Shown: one piece after another, positions 17,506 to 27,699 of the stretch
Layout: the number at the start of each line of letters is the position of its first letter
Position numbering within the stretch: the stretch's first letter is position 1
Assembly: GCA_964635715.1 (NCBI GenBank)
Contig: CAZWNZ010000002.1
Location: forward strand, 104,009 to 168,008
DNA: 64,000 nucleotides
From: an uncultured Gammaproteobacteria bacterium
GTDB lineage: Bacteria; Patescibacteriota; Microgenomatia; UBA8517
Direction of reading: 5' to 3'
Notes under the pieces: model-generated
Told to the model about the DNA's origin: nothing
Database searches by the model: none
The model's input: the letters and a program-made list of their open reading frames with translations, nothing else
Translations under genes and position numbers: made by a program

Positions 17506-20500
17506 TTAGGAAGATTTTCTTACATCAAACTGTCCTTCTTCAATATTGGAAATTTGAGCCTTTTTCTGCATCCACTGAATAAGTTTATTACTCGAGGGAA
17601 CTTTTTCAATTTTTACATCAACCTTTTGAGTAAGATTTAAACCCAAATTCTTTCTTTTTTCCTGTATCTTTCTAACAATATCCCGAACATCAGCTTCCTC
17701 TTTTAATTCTGGTGTGATTTCTGAGTCCAACTCTATTTTGTCCGAACCGCCCAAAAGTTCGATCGATTTAATATTAATTTCGCTTTCTGCAATTCTCAGA
17801 ACTTCTTCTGAAAAACTATCTTTTTCTTGTCCATATACTTTAACTTTTGAAAGTGGCTGTCTAACAGGGATTCCCAACTCTTTCCGTTTGGCATGAATTT
17901 TTTCGACTATGTCACGTATTTTCTGCATCTGCTCAAGCAAATTTTGCCCATCTATACTTAGTGCTGAAGATTTTTCCGGCCAGTCGGCAAGATGAACTGA
18001 TAATGCACGGGTCAAGTTTGTGAATAAAACATCTGACAAATAAGGCATAAAGGGCGCCAGAAGTCTACTTAGAGAATATAAAACATAATAAGTGGTCGAA
18101 TAAAAAGCATTTGCATCCTTTTCGGATTCCTTGGCTGGTCCAACCCTGTCACGCGAACGTCTTATATACCAAATTGACAAATCGTCTATAAATTTTTCGA
18201 TTTCCAACGAGGCTGTAGCTGCATTAAATTTTTCCAATTCCTCAGTAACCGTGTTAATTGTTTGATTAAGACGAATTAGGATCCATTTATCTAAAATGTT
18301 GGATGTTCTTCCCGGTTTTTTGTGGATTCCCGGTGTCCAATTGTCCAAATTGGCATATGATATGAAGAAGTTATAAACATTCCAAAGTTTCAAATGAACT
18401 CTGCGTCTAACCTCATCAGCTGATTTGTATCCAAATAGCATGTTATCTGCAGGGTTAGCCCGCACAAACATCCACCTCATCACATCGACTCCAATTTTAT
18501 CGGCACCTTCATTAAATTCAATGGAATTACCCCAACTTTTATGCATAGCTCTGCCGTCTTCTCCCATGAGAGTTCCAAAACCAAGTACTGTTCTGTAAGG
18601 ATTCATATCTTCTAAAACAGTGCTCATTGCTATAAGCGCATAAAACCAGTTCTTAAACTGTCCCGGAAAACTTTCAGTAATAAAATTAGCAGGGAACCAT
18701 TTCTGCCATTCCTCTTTATCGGAAAGGTACATCGGCTTTGTTTTTGTAGGTTTTAAACCGCAGGCTTTGTTATCTTTACTTATGGTAGAAAATGGTACAA
18801 TGCCGGCATCAAGCCAGGGATTTCCAACAGGTTCAATTCTTGATAGGATCGAGTCACAATTTGAACATTTTAATTTTATTTTGTCTATTTGCGGTTTGTG
18901 AGGTGATTTTCCTTCAAATTCATCCCAACCCGTTACTGCTTTTTCTTTTAGCTCATCTCTTGAACCAACTACTTCAAAATTATGGCACTTTTTACATTCC
19001 CAAATCGGAAGGGCAAGACCCCAATATCGATTCTTTTTGCTAATTAACCAATCGTGCATATTAGTTAACCAATCCATTTCGCGATCAAGTCCAAATTCGG
19101 GAATCCAGTTCATCTTTTGGGCAACAACTTTCATTCTTTCTCTTAACGTCCTCGTATCAGGTTCTGTCTTTATTCCCTCATTGTCTTTATTCCAATCCTC
19201 TTTTGCCCCTTGATCTAAAACTTTTGCCGGTTTGTCCATTGCTATATACCACTCATCAGCTATTTTCCAAACCAGCTCTGTTTTACATCTCCAACATGCA
19301 GGATATCTGTGAGTACAAATTTCAATTTTATAGAAATAGTGTGAACCTTCTTCATCAAGTTTCTTAAGAAAATCTAGAATAAGTTCAGGGTGTTTTTTAC
19401 CATTTTGCCCTGACAAAAACCCAAGATTTTTCAGATAGGACGCATCATCTTTTATTACCTCTATTACTGGTAAACCGAGTTTTTTACCCAGTTTAAAATC
19501 CTCCGCACCTGAAGATGTTGCTATGTGGACCATACCTGTTCCCTCTTCAACATTTATCGGAAGAATTAAGTCATCTGTGGCTATTACAGTGTGAAACTTG
19601 TCGTTTCTGACCACTTCGGCAACAGCCGGCAATTCGTCGAACGCACCTTTATATCTCAATCCAACCAATTTAGAACCTTTGGTTGTTTTCAACTCTTTAT
19701 TTTTTACTCCTGCGAAAATTCTTTCTTTTGCTCCTTTGGCCACCCAATATTTTCTCTTTCCAATTTCAACAAGAGAATAATCAAGATCGGAATCTACAGC
19801 AACAGCCACATTTGCCGGTACAGTCCAGGGTGTGGTGGTCCACACCATAAGATACTCATCTGTCTGACCAATAATCGGAAACGCAAGAAAAACAGAATCG
19901 TGAATAAGTAGTCTATAATCCTCCGTCAGCATTTCGTGTTGAGAAATGGCAGTCTCACACCTGGGACACCAAGCTACAGCGTCCGAGCCCTTATAAACCC
20001 ATCCTTTTTCATAACATACCTTGAGAAAACGCCAAATCATATAATTATTGTCCTCACTTAATGTGTAATAGGAATTATCCCAATCCATAAAATATCCCAA
20101 GCGCTTGCTTTGTTCTGTCTGAATTTCGGAGTATTTCTTAACTCTGTCGCGGCAATGTTGGACAAACTTGTCAATACCATATTCCTCAATATCCTTTTTG
20201 CTTCGAAAACCAAGTTCCTTCTCAACTTCCACTTCAACCCAAAGGCCTTGGCAATCAAAACCATTTTGAAAGCGTTGAGCGTAACCTTGCATATTTTTAA
20301 ATCTTTGCCAGAGATCTTTATACGTACGCCCCCATGCATGATGAACACCCATGGGGTTATTGGCCGTTATTGGTCCATCCATAAAACTAAAATATTTTTT
20401 TGAATTTTTATTACGGTTAAGGTATTTTTTAATAATCCCCTTCTTCTCCCACTTCATATAAACGCTTTTCTCCAGGTCGGGGAAATTAACTTGCAGATTT

Positions 20501-20526
20501 ACAGGATCAAAATATTGTTTTTTCAT
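17506..20526 (-). CDS. ileS: Isoleucyl-tRNA synthetase, type 2
   Basis: DGPITAN, WTTTPWT and DWLIS motifs; signature motifs read GVHH and AMHKS. Confidence 0.95.
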   Translation of the reverse strand: MKKQYFDPVNLQVNFPDLEKSVYMKWEKKGIIKKYLNRNKNSKKYFSFMDGPITANNPMGVHHAWGRTYKDLWQRFKNMQGYAQRFQNGFDCQGLWVEVEVEKELGFRSKKDIEEYGIDKFVQHCRDRVKKYSEIQTEQSKRLGYFMDWDNSYYTLSEDNNYMIWRFLKVCYEKGWVYKGSDAVAWCPRCETAISQHEMLTEDYRLLIHDSVFLAFPIIGQTDEYLMVWTTTPWTVPANVAVAVDSDLDYSLVEIGKRKYWVAKGAKERIFAGVKNKELKTTKGSKLVGLRYKGAFDELPAVAEVVRNDKFHTVIATDDLILPINVEEGTGMVHIATSSGAEDFKLGKKLGLPVIEVIKDDASYLKNLGFLSGQNGKKHPELILDFLKKLDEEGSHYFYKIEICTHRYPACWRCKTELVWKIADEWYIAMDKPAKVLDQGAKEDWNKDNEGIKTEPDTRTLRERMKVVAQKMNWIPEFGLDREMDWLTNMHDWLISKKNRYWGLALPIWECKKCHNFEVVGSRDELKEKAVTGWDEFEGKSPHKPQIDKIKLKCSNCDSILSRIEPVGNPWLDAGIVPFSTISKDNKACGLKPTKTKPMYLSDKEEWQKWFPANFITESFPGQFKNWFYALIAMSTVLEDMNPYRTVLGFGTLMGEDGRAMHKSWGNSIEFNEGADKIGVDVMRWMFVRANPADNMLFGYKSADEVRRRVHLKLWNVYNFFISYANLDNWTPGIHKKPGRTSNILDKWILIRLNQTINTVTEELEKFNAATASLEIEKFIDDLSIWYIRRSRDRVGPAKESEKDANAFYSTTYYVLYSLSRLLAPFMPYLSDVLFTNLTRALSVHLADWPEKSSALSIDGQNLLEQMQKIRDIVEKIHAKRKELGIPVRQPLSKVKVYGQEKDSFSEEVLRIAESEINIKSIELLGGSDKIELDSEITPELKEEADVRDIVRKIQEKRKNLGLNLTQKVDVKIEKVPSSNKLIQWMQKKAQISNIEEGQFDVRKSS

Positions 20527-20593
20527 CTAAAACGATTTCTATGAAGTCATTTTATCACGACAGGAAGCTGCGTCCAAGATCCCGTCTGGCTGT

Positions 20594-20851
20594 TTAATTT
20601 GACGGGCATGAATCTTCTAAAATTCTGACACAAGAATCTTTTGACTCACACCAGGAATAACCCGCAGACTCAATACAGCCATGTTCATCTTCAACATTAC
20701 TTATCCGTTGAACAGGACTGGATGTCCGAAAAAGAGCATTTTCAATCGAAGCAGAAACTTCCGGAGTTTTTTTAATGAAGCGGTTAAGTAGCAAGCCTAA
20801 TATACCAAACAGTATTAAAACTATTATTTTCTTCATAATTAAATATATCAC
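20594..20851 (-). CDS. Small exported protein with a Cys motif
   Basis: N-terminal TM/signal; DEHGC..SAGYSWC....CVR..E..C motif. Confidence 0.6.
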   Translation of the reverse strand: MIYLIMKKIIVLILFGILGLLLNRFIKKTPEVSASIENALFRTSSPVQRISNVEDEHGCIESAGYSWCESKDSCVRILEDSCPSN

Positions 20852-20853
20852 AA

Positions 20854-21126
20854 CTAATTCAAGTTGTTTTTACCCGTGTGGATCTTCCCCTCAGACATAG
20901 CCAAGAGTTTTCCAAGTTCATTAACAAATTTTTTAGCATGATCTCTGCTCATTCCCACCCTGGTAACAACCCTAACTTGATTAGTTGAACCGACCTTTTG
21001 ACCTACATCCAAAACTACACCGTCCGAATTGGCTGTCATATAAATATTGTCCGTGTATAGAATAGGTGTCGTATCCAAATTTAAATTAATTTGTTGAGTC
21101 TGTTCTTTTTTATTTTTGTCATCCAT
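20854..21126 (-). CDS. DUF3467-like small protein
   Basis: PILYTDNIYM...VVLD...RVGMSRDHAK motif; strong SD AAGGAGGTGA before the ATG at 21126. Confidence 0.65.
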   Translation of the reverse strand: MDDKNKKEQTQQINLNLDTTPILYTDNIYMTANSDGVVLDVGQKVGSTNQVRVVTRVGMSRDHAKKFVNELGKLLAMSEGKIHTGKNNLN

Positions 21127-21213
21127 AAATATCACCTCCTTATCACATTGTATATCAAAAATTAAAGATTAATTCATTTGGTGACTATCAAGATGTATTA
21201 TTGCCTACTATTT

Positions 21214-22374
21214 TTAGTGGATTTTACGAAGAAATGCAGGAATTTCAAACTTTTCTCCAAAAATATCATCTTCTTTACCCTGATCGCCATCCTCTTCAAT
21301 AGGCTCTTTTGAAGATTCATCATCACGTGTGGAAAGATTTACATTCGGCTCGCTAACAACCCCTTGGATTACAGGTTTTTGAATAGTTGCTTGACTCATC
21401 TGTGCCAAACGGGAACGTGTTTCGTCAAATCCTGTAGCAATAACTGTAATTTTCACCTGATCCGAAAGTTCTTGCTTAATGACAGATCCAAAAATGACAT
21501 TGGCATCAGGATCTGCAGCAGAGGATATAATTCTAGCAGCCTCGTCAACCTCAAACATGGTCATATCATTACCGCCGGCAATATTAAACAAGACTCCACG
21601 GGCTCCCTCGATGGAAAGATCTAAAAGAGGTGAGGAAACGGCGGCTCGGGCGGCCATTTGAGCCCTGTTTTCTCCAACACCTGTTCCTATTCCCAAAAGT
21701 GCAGATCCTGCGTCCTTCATAATCGTCTTTACGTCGGCAAAATCCACATTAACAAGACCGGGTGTAGTGATAATATCGGCAATACCACCAACACCTTGAC
21801 CTAAAACCGAATCAACAACTTTAAAAGCCTCAAGAAGCGTCATTTTTCTATCAATAACATCCATAAGCCGTTGATTCGGAATAACGATCAATGTGTCCGT
21901 CGTCTCTTTAAGTTTCTCGATTCCATCTTCTGCAGCAACCATTCTGCGAGTACCTTCAAAAGCAAAAGGTTTGGTGACAACCCCTATTGTCAGAGCACCC
22001 GCTTCTTTCGCAAGCTGAGCAACGACCGGAGCAGCTCCAGTCCCTGTTCCACCACCCATACCTGCAGTAACAAAAACCATATCAGTGTCTATTAGCAATT
22101 CTTTTATTTTCTCGGCAGATTCTTCAGCCGCTTGTCTACCAACTTCAGGGTTACCACCCACACCTAAACCTTTAGTTAGTTTTTCACCAATTTGGAGCTT
22201 TGTTGGTGCTTTGTTATTTAGAAGAACCTGAGCATCTGTATTAACCGCAATAAATTCAACACCACTAATAATACCGCTTTCTATCATCGAAGAAATGGCA
22301 TTTCCACCACCGCCACCAACTCCAATTACTTTAATTTTAGCTATTCTTGCAGAATCCGGTTTAACCAATGCCAT
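21214..22374 (-). CDS. ftsZ: Cell division protein FtsZ
   Basis: [18 protein letters not shown] and C-terminal EIPAFLR. Confidence 0.99.
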   Translation of the reverse strand: MALVKPDSARIAKIKVIGVGGGGGNAISSMIESGIISGVEFIAVNTDAQVLLNNKAPTKLQIGEKLTKGLGVGGNPEVGRQAAEESAEKIKELLIDTDMVFVTAGMGGGTGTGAAPVVAQLAKEAGALTIGVVTKPFAFEGTRRMVAAEDGIEKLKETTDTLIVIPNQRLMDVIDRKMTLLEAFKVVDSVLGQGVGGIADIITTPGLVNVDFADVKTIMKDAGSALLGIGTGVGENRAQMAARAAVSSPLLDLSIEGARGVLFNIAGGNDMTMFEVDEAARIISSAADPDANVIFGSVIKQELSDQVKITVIATGFDETRSRLAQMSQATIQKPVIQGVVSEPNVNLSTRDDESSKEPIEEDGDQGKEDDIFGEKFEIPAFLRKIH

Positions 22375-22452
22375 AAGTTTATAAATCTATAACAGTCCGT
22401 ATGTGGCAGAATTGTACCTTGGGCAGAAGAAAAAAACAAGCATGGGCATGCC

Positions 22453-23715
22453 CTAAGGTAACAAATTTTTTATACTATCAATCAATTTTCCAAACATTCC
22501 AACTGTGGGTAGTTTTACCTTTTTTGAGAAACTTGTCAAGTTCTCAGAAGGTGTCTGCTTTGCTCCGTGAAGAAGAAGTCCAACACAAGTTGAAAAAGAT
22601 GGTGTGATTACATCATCAACCAAACCTCCAACACCCTTAGGAAGACCTATCCTGACCGGTACAGACAACACTCTTTTTGCGGAATCCACAACTCCGGCTG
22701 TCTCAGCTCCTCCACCGGTAATTATGGCTCCTGAAGGAATCCGATTGGAGATTCCTTCTTTCTCCAACTCAAGTTTGACCATTGAAAAAATTTCATTCAG
22801 ACGCGGTCTTATGATACCCTCAACAAGAGTTTTTTTAGATATCTTTCTTATTTCAGTAATATTCAATCCGGCAAGATCCAATTCGTCGGTTTCTTCCTGA
22901 TTTTTCTTTTTCTTCTCGGATAAAGCAATTTTTATTTTTTCTGCTGTTTCAAGGGAGACCCTGAGTCCGATTGCTAAATCATTGGTGACATTTTTGGCTC
23001 CGATAGGAATTACCCCGGAATAGGCAATTGAACCATCTATATAGGCAGCTATCGATGTCGTTCCTCCTCCAATATCTATTAATATACAACCAAGCTCTTT
23101 TTCCGTTGATGTAAGCACAGCTTCGGCAGAAGCAAGCCCGGAAAAGATCATCTCCTCTATTTTTATACCAACTTCATTAACAGCCTTTTTGGTATTTTTT
23201 AAAGCAGCCCCAGCTGCCGAAACTATATGTGTGTCAACCTCAAGCCTAACACCACTCATTCCCACAGCATCGCGAATTCCAGATTCCCCATCAACAATAA
23301 ATTCACGCGGTACAACAAAAATTACTTCTCTAGAAACCGGTAAGGATACTGCAGAAGCAGCTTCGATGGCGCGATCCACATCATTTTCAGTAATCTCTCC
23401 ATTCTGATCCGAAACAGCGACTACACCATGAGAATTTTGTGAATGAATATGTGCTCCTCCGATTGCAACATAGGCAGTATCGAGATTATATCCTGCCATC
23501 CGCTCTGCAGCCTCAATTGAAGATATTGTCGCTTCGACTGCTTCTTCTATATCGACTATTTGACCTTTCTTTATTCCTTTTGATTCCGATTGAGAAGCAC
23601 CAACAATATTTACAGAGGTTTCGCCTGTAACAGGGTCGGAGATCACCTGGCTAACCAAAGTGGCTATTTTACTCGATCCCATGTCTATGGCTGCAACAAT
23701 TCTTGGTTTACTCAT
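22453..23715 (-). CDS. ftsA: Cell division protein FtsA
   Basis: AIDMGSSKI, IDIGGGTT and C-terminal amphipathic helix. Confidence 0.97.
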   Translation of the reverse strand: MSKPRIVAAIDMGSSKIATLVSQVISDPVTGETSVNIVGASQSESKGIKKGQIVDIEEAVEATISSIEAAERMAGYNLDTAYVAIGGAHIHSQNSHGVVAVSDQNGEITENDVDRAIEAASAVSLPVSREVIFVVPREFIVDGESGIRDAVGMSGVRLEVDTHIVSAAGAALKNTKKAVNEVGIKIEEMIFSGLASAEAVLTSTEKELGCILIDIGGGTTSIAAYIDGSIAYSGVIPIGAKNVTNDLAIGLRVSLETAEKIKIALSEKKKKNQEETDELDLAGLNITEIRKISKKTLVEGIIRPRLNEIFSMVKLELEKEGISNRIPSGAIITGGGAETAGVVDSAKRVLSVPVRIGLPKGVGGLVDDVITPSFSTCVGLLLHGAKQTPSENLTSFSKKVKLPTVGMFGKLIDSIKNLLP

Positions 23716-23727
23716 TTTTAGTTATTA

Positions 23728-24399
23728 TTATCTTAATACAGGATTTTCATATCGCAAGTCAATCTGCGAATAAGATTTTCCTTCGCCTACATTTTGAATA
23801 TTTGAATATACAAGTCTCAACGAACCCAAAAGTATATCTTCATCAGCTCCCACTAAAGGAAATAGTACTCTTATTCCCCCCGGCAGATCAACAAGCAAAG
23901 TATCTGTTTCGATAGTTCCTGTACTAATTTGATACATTTTATTAACGCCATTAATTAAATTTAGTGCTAAAAGATTTTTATTGTTTACTTTCGAACCAAC
24001 ATCCGGCAAATCCTCAGCGAGTAATACTACCGGTAATTCAGTGTTATCGGAAATTGCCAATACAGTCCCCTCATTATCCACTAAAGCGAAACGGCCTGAA
24101 TTTTGATTTTTAAGGGCAAACACTGATTTTTTGACAGTTAGGTTCACACTCAAAATGTTTGGAAGTTTAAACTGAATAGTATATTCTGAAATTAAAAAAT
24201 TCGATTCCAACTCTTTTTTTAGATGTCGTTTCGCATAATGCATTTTTTTGCCCTCTAAAGGTACCATTCCTTTAACAACTTCCGAAGTACATTTACCATA
24301 TTGGCTTTGACATTCGATTTTGATTGGAATTAAAAATCCAGGAAGAACAAAAATCAATATTACCAGAACTAGGATTATTGATAAAATTATTTTTTTCAC
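23728..24399 (-). CDS. ftsQ: FtsQ/DivIB-like protein
   Basis: N-terminal TM, POTRA-like segment, C-terminal IDLRYENPV; lies before ftsA. Confidence 0.7.
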   Translation of the reverse strand: MKKIILSIILVLVILIFVLPGFLIPIKIECQSQYGKCTSEVVKGMVPLEGKKMHYAKRHLKKELESNFLISEYTIQFKLPNILSVNLTVKKSVFALKNQNSGRFALVDNEGTVLAISDNTELPVVLLAEDLPDVGSKVNNKNLLALNLINGVNKMYQISTGTIETDTLLVDLPGGIRVLFPLVGADEDILLGSLRLVYSNIQNVGEGKSYSQIDLRYENPVLR

Positions 24400-25499
24400 T
24401 TCATAAAACCATTAATTAAATTAACAAGATTTTTAGCGGCTTCAGAATCTAAGCTTTTTTTATTTTTTACGCTTTGTTCAATTTCCGGAATTTCTTTAAT
24501 CAGTTTATCTATTTCTGTTAGTAATTTTTTGGGAGTTAATTTGTCCTGTGTGATTATGTGCGCAATTCCCCACTTTTTGGCAATTTTTGCATTTTCCATT
24601 TGTTCATTAAGATAGCTTATCGGTAATGGTATTAAAATCGCAGGGCGTTTGATCAACATAAGTTCGGATACTGTATTTGCACCTGATCTGCTGACAACAA
24701 CAGACGCCCGAGAATAGATATCTGACACATTTAGCGGATTGACTCTAATGAAGACATCGTAGTTATTCCGCAAAGCCATAGGCAATTTTTGTTTAATCTC
24801 CGAAAATTTTAAATAATCAAGCCCACCTGTCTGATGGATAACTTTATACTTTGTCAAAAGGGGTCTTAAAATCTGTCCGACAGCATTATTGATATTCTGA
24901 GAACCGCGTGAGCCTCCTGTAATATAAATCACAGGTATGTCTTTTTTTCTGTAAATCTTCTTGACCGATTTTATTTCCTGCATAATCGGATTGCCTGTAA
25001 CAACACATTTTGATGCAGGAAAATATTTTCCACTCTCACTCCTGGCAAGCGCAATTTTGGTGGCAAACCTGGAAGAAACCAAATTTGCCCTTCCTGCAGC
25101 AGAAGTTTGTTCATGAATGACAACGGGAATACCCAAAAGTTTTGCATTAAAGACAACGGGAAAAGAAGCGGAACCACCAAAAGATAATACTGCTTTTGGT
25201 TTAATTTTGATCAAATAATAAAAAGATTGCAAAAAACCTATTGGAATTTTCAAATATGACGGTATTGTATAAATCGTAAATTTTCGTTGAAGTCTGCCTG
25301 TCGTCAAAGACAGAAATTTCACTCCTAACTTAGGAAGAACTTCCGACTCCAAAGTGACTATCTTTTTTCCCTCGATTGCATTTTTAACTCCAATCCAATA
25401 GAGTTTCCAATTCTTATTTTGAGATTTTATTTCCTCGGCAACAGCAACAGCAGTTGTTGCTGCGTGGCCACCCGTAAACACCAGTTTATTTCCGTTCAT
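24396..25499 (-). CDS. murG: MurG glycosyltransferase
   Basis: TGGH, IHEQ, TGNP, TGGSRGS and SRSGA motifs. Confidence 0.95.
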   Translation of the reverse strand: MNGNKLVFTGGHAATTAVAVAEEIKSQNKNWKLYWIGVKNAIEGKKIVTLESEVLPKLGVKFLSLTTGRLQRKFTIYTIPSYLKIPIGFLQSFYYLIKIKPKAVLSFGGSASFPVVFNAKLLGIPVVIHEQTSAAGRANLVSSRFATKIALARSESGKYFPASKCVVTGNPIMQEIKSVKKIYRKKDIPVIYITGGSRGSQNINNAVGQILRPLLTKYKVIHQTGGLDYLKFSEIKQKLPMALRNNYDVFIRVNPLNVSDIYSRASVVVSRSGANTVSELMLIKRPAILIPLPISYLNEQMENAKIAKKWGIAHIITQDKLTPKKLLTEIDKLIKEIPEIEQSVKNKKSLDSEAAKNLVNLINGFMK

Positions 25500-26592
25500 T
25501 GTTCGTAAACTTCGATATGTTAAGTAGTATACCGCATGCAGAGAGAATCATCACCAAACTGCTTCCGCCATAAGAGATAAATGGTAATGGAATGCCTGTA
25601 AGTGGAACCAGAGAAACCATAGATGCGATATTTAAAAACGCCTGGCCTCCAATCCAGGCGGAAATTCCGACAGCTAAAACGCTTGAGAATTTGTCCGGTG
25701 CTGCCTTGGCAATTTTAAGACCTCTCATAACAAAAAATAAAAATAAAGATATTATTATTAACGCTCCAATTAATCCCAATTCTTCAGCTATAACTGCAAA
25801 GATAGAATCCGTTGAGGCTTCAGGTAAAAAAGAATATTTTTGACGCGAAGCTCCAAAACCAACACCAAAAATCCCTCCTGAACCTAAAGCCAAAAGTACT
25901 TGACGAATATGATATGAAGCACCCAAGGGATCGGAAGTACTCTGAAAAAAGGTTGTTAATCTGGCTTTCCTATAGGGGGAGGATAAAATTAAAATAACCG
26001 TTCCAATAATTCCTACAACTGCAGATCCCACGACGTATAATAAATTGACATCTGCAACAAAAATTTGAGAGAAACCGATTAAGAGAACAACCAGCGTGGT
26101 TCCTAAATCCGGTTGCAACATGATAAGACCAGCAACAAGTACTAGTGGAATAAAATATGAAAGAGCTGATTTTCCCTTTGAGGCTACTTTTGCAAAATAT
26201 ACACAAATTGTGAACTTAACTATTTCGGATGGCTGAAAATTTATAAATCCAAAACTTATCCAACGTCTTGCTCCCAACGCAGTCATCCCAAAACGTTGAA
26301 GTAGTACTAATATCAAAAGACCTAAAGAAACAAAAAATAAAGGTGTTGCAAGCTTTTCCCAAATAGTATATTTTATCCTGGAAATAATAAAAAAGATCAC
26401 AAAACCGATTGCTGCTGAAACGGCTTGTTCCTTCAATAGAAAAAATTTGTCTCCGTAATTATTTAACGATTGAGGGGCTGAAACATCCGCTATGGCTATG
26501 ATCCCCAATACAACTAAAGCAATTATCAAAAAAAATAATTTTTTATCGAATAACTTATTCTGTTTTAAAAGCGTTGTTTTACGTTTTCTCAC
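25486..26592 (-). CDS. ftsW: FtsW (SEDS)
   Basis: GARRWI, FQPSE, QPDLGT and LPEASTDSIFA motifs. Confidence 0.95.
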   Translation of the reverse strand: MRKRKTTLLKQNKLFDKKLFFLIIALVVLGIIAIADVSAPQSLNNYGDKFFLLKEQAVSAAIGFVIFFIISRIKYTIWEKLATPLFFVSLGLLILVLLQRFGMTALGARRWISFGFINFQPSEIVKFTICVYFAKVASKGKSALSYFIPLVLVAGLIMLQPDLGTTLVVLLIGFSQIFVADVNLLYVVGSAVVGIIGTVILILSSPYRKARLTTFFQSTSDPLGASYHIRQVLLALGSGGIFGVGFGASRQKYSFLPEASTDSIFAVIAEELGLIGALIIISLFLFFVMRGLKIAKAAPDKFSSVLAVGISAWIGGQAFLNIASMVSLVPLTGIPLPFISYGGSSLVMILSACGILLNISKFTNNERK

Positions 26593-26603
26593 TTAAAAAT
26601 AAA

Positions 26604-27653
26604 CTACATTGTTGCCAACCAAAGCCCAAACACTGCCAAAAGAAGACCTAATATCCACGCACGCATCACAATTTTAGGTTCTTTCCAACCCTTTGCTAAA
26701 AATGTGTGATGGATTGGAGCAAGTGGAAAAACAGGTTTCTTAAAAAATTTCCAACTTAGAATCTGGATAAGAGAAGATGCTATTTCCATAACAAATATTC
26801 CTCCTATAACAACAAGGGCTAATATTTTCCCTGTGACAAGCCCAACAACTGCCAGCATTGCTCCAAATGATAGCGCACCCGTGTCTCCAAGAAACAATCT
26901 TGCAGGCCAAACATTGAAATACAAAAAAGCGAAAAGTGCACCTATCCAAAGAGAAATGAAGAAAAGTAATGGGGTATCCAACCCTTCTATGGCAATTACA
27001 CCAAATACCCCAAGACAAATTATTAAAAGACCCGCAGAAAGGCCATCAAGTCCGTCTGTTACATTAAACGCATTTGAAAAAGCTACGATCACAAACGCAG
27101 AAAAAGGTATATACCATATTCCCAAATCCCAAACGATATCAAAACCAGGAATGTTAATAATGTGTACTCCCAAATAGGAGTAAATCAGATAGCCAATAAA
27201 AAAACCCAAAATCCATTGGAGTATAAACTTTTGTTTACGTCTCAATCCAAACCAAAGACCCAAAACTCCTCTGGTTGGCTTTGCAAAAATTTTCAAAAGA
27301 TCATCAGACAAACCCAGAAGTCCGAACGATATAAACGAGAAAAATATTACAAATAGTTCGGCTTTTAGCGAAAAACTACTTCTTACATAAAGACCCATAT
27401 GGGAAGCCAGGGAGAAGGAAAAAACGAACAGTAAAGTAACAAGCATAATTATCAAAACACCTCCTCCGACAGGTGTACCAACTTTAATGTCATGAAGCTT
27501 ATCAAAAAGGGGAACTTTTCCATGCTCGGGAGCTTCCTTTTTTCTGGTTAAATGAAGTTTATAAAGTAAATTAATAAAAGGGACTATCAAAACGATACAA
27601 ATAAGAAAAGAGAAGATTATAAGGCCCAAACTCAAAGTTAAATAATTTGTCAT
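26604..27653 (-). CDS. mraY: Phospho-MurNAc-pentapeptide transferase
   Basis: TPVGGG, NAFNVTDGLDGL, FLGDTG and APIHH motifs. Confidence 0.96.
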   Translation of the reverse strand: MTNYLTLSLGLIIFSFLICIVLIVPFINLLYKLHLTRKKEAPEHGKVPLFDKLHDIKVGTPVGGGVLIIMLVTLLFVFSFSLASHMGLYVRSSFSLKAELFVIFFSFISFGLLGLSDDLLKIFAKPTRGVLGLWFGLRRKQKFILQWILGFFIGYLIYSYLGVHIINIPGFDIVWDLGIWYIPFSAFVIVAFSNAFNVTDGLDGLSAGLLIICLGVFGVIAIEGLDTPLLFFISLWIGALFAFLYFNVWPARLFLGDTGALSFGAMLAVVGLVTGKILALVVIGGIFVMEIASSLIQILSWKFFKKPVFPLAPIHHTFLAKGWKEPKIVMRAWILGLLLAVFGLWLATM

Positions 27654-27699
27654 AACATGATCTAGATTAGATTATATGCTTGCGTGAAAGAAGAGGCAA

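Noticed and set aside
20527-20593. T-box leader for ileS
   Set aside because: The gap is only 67 bp and has no T-box motif.
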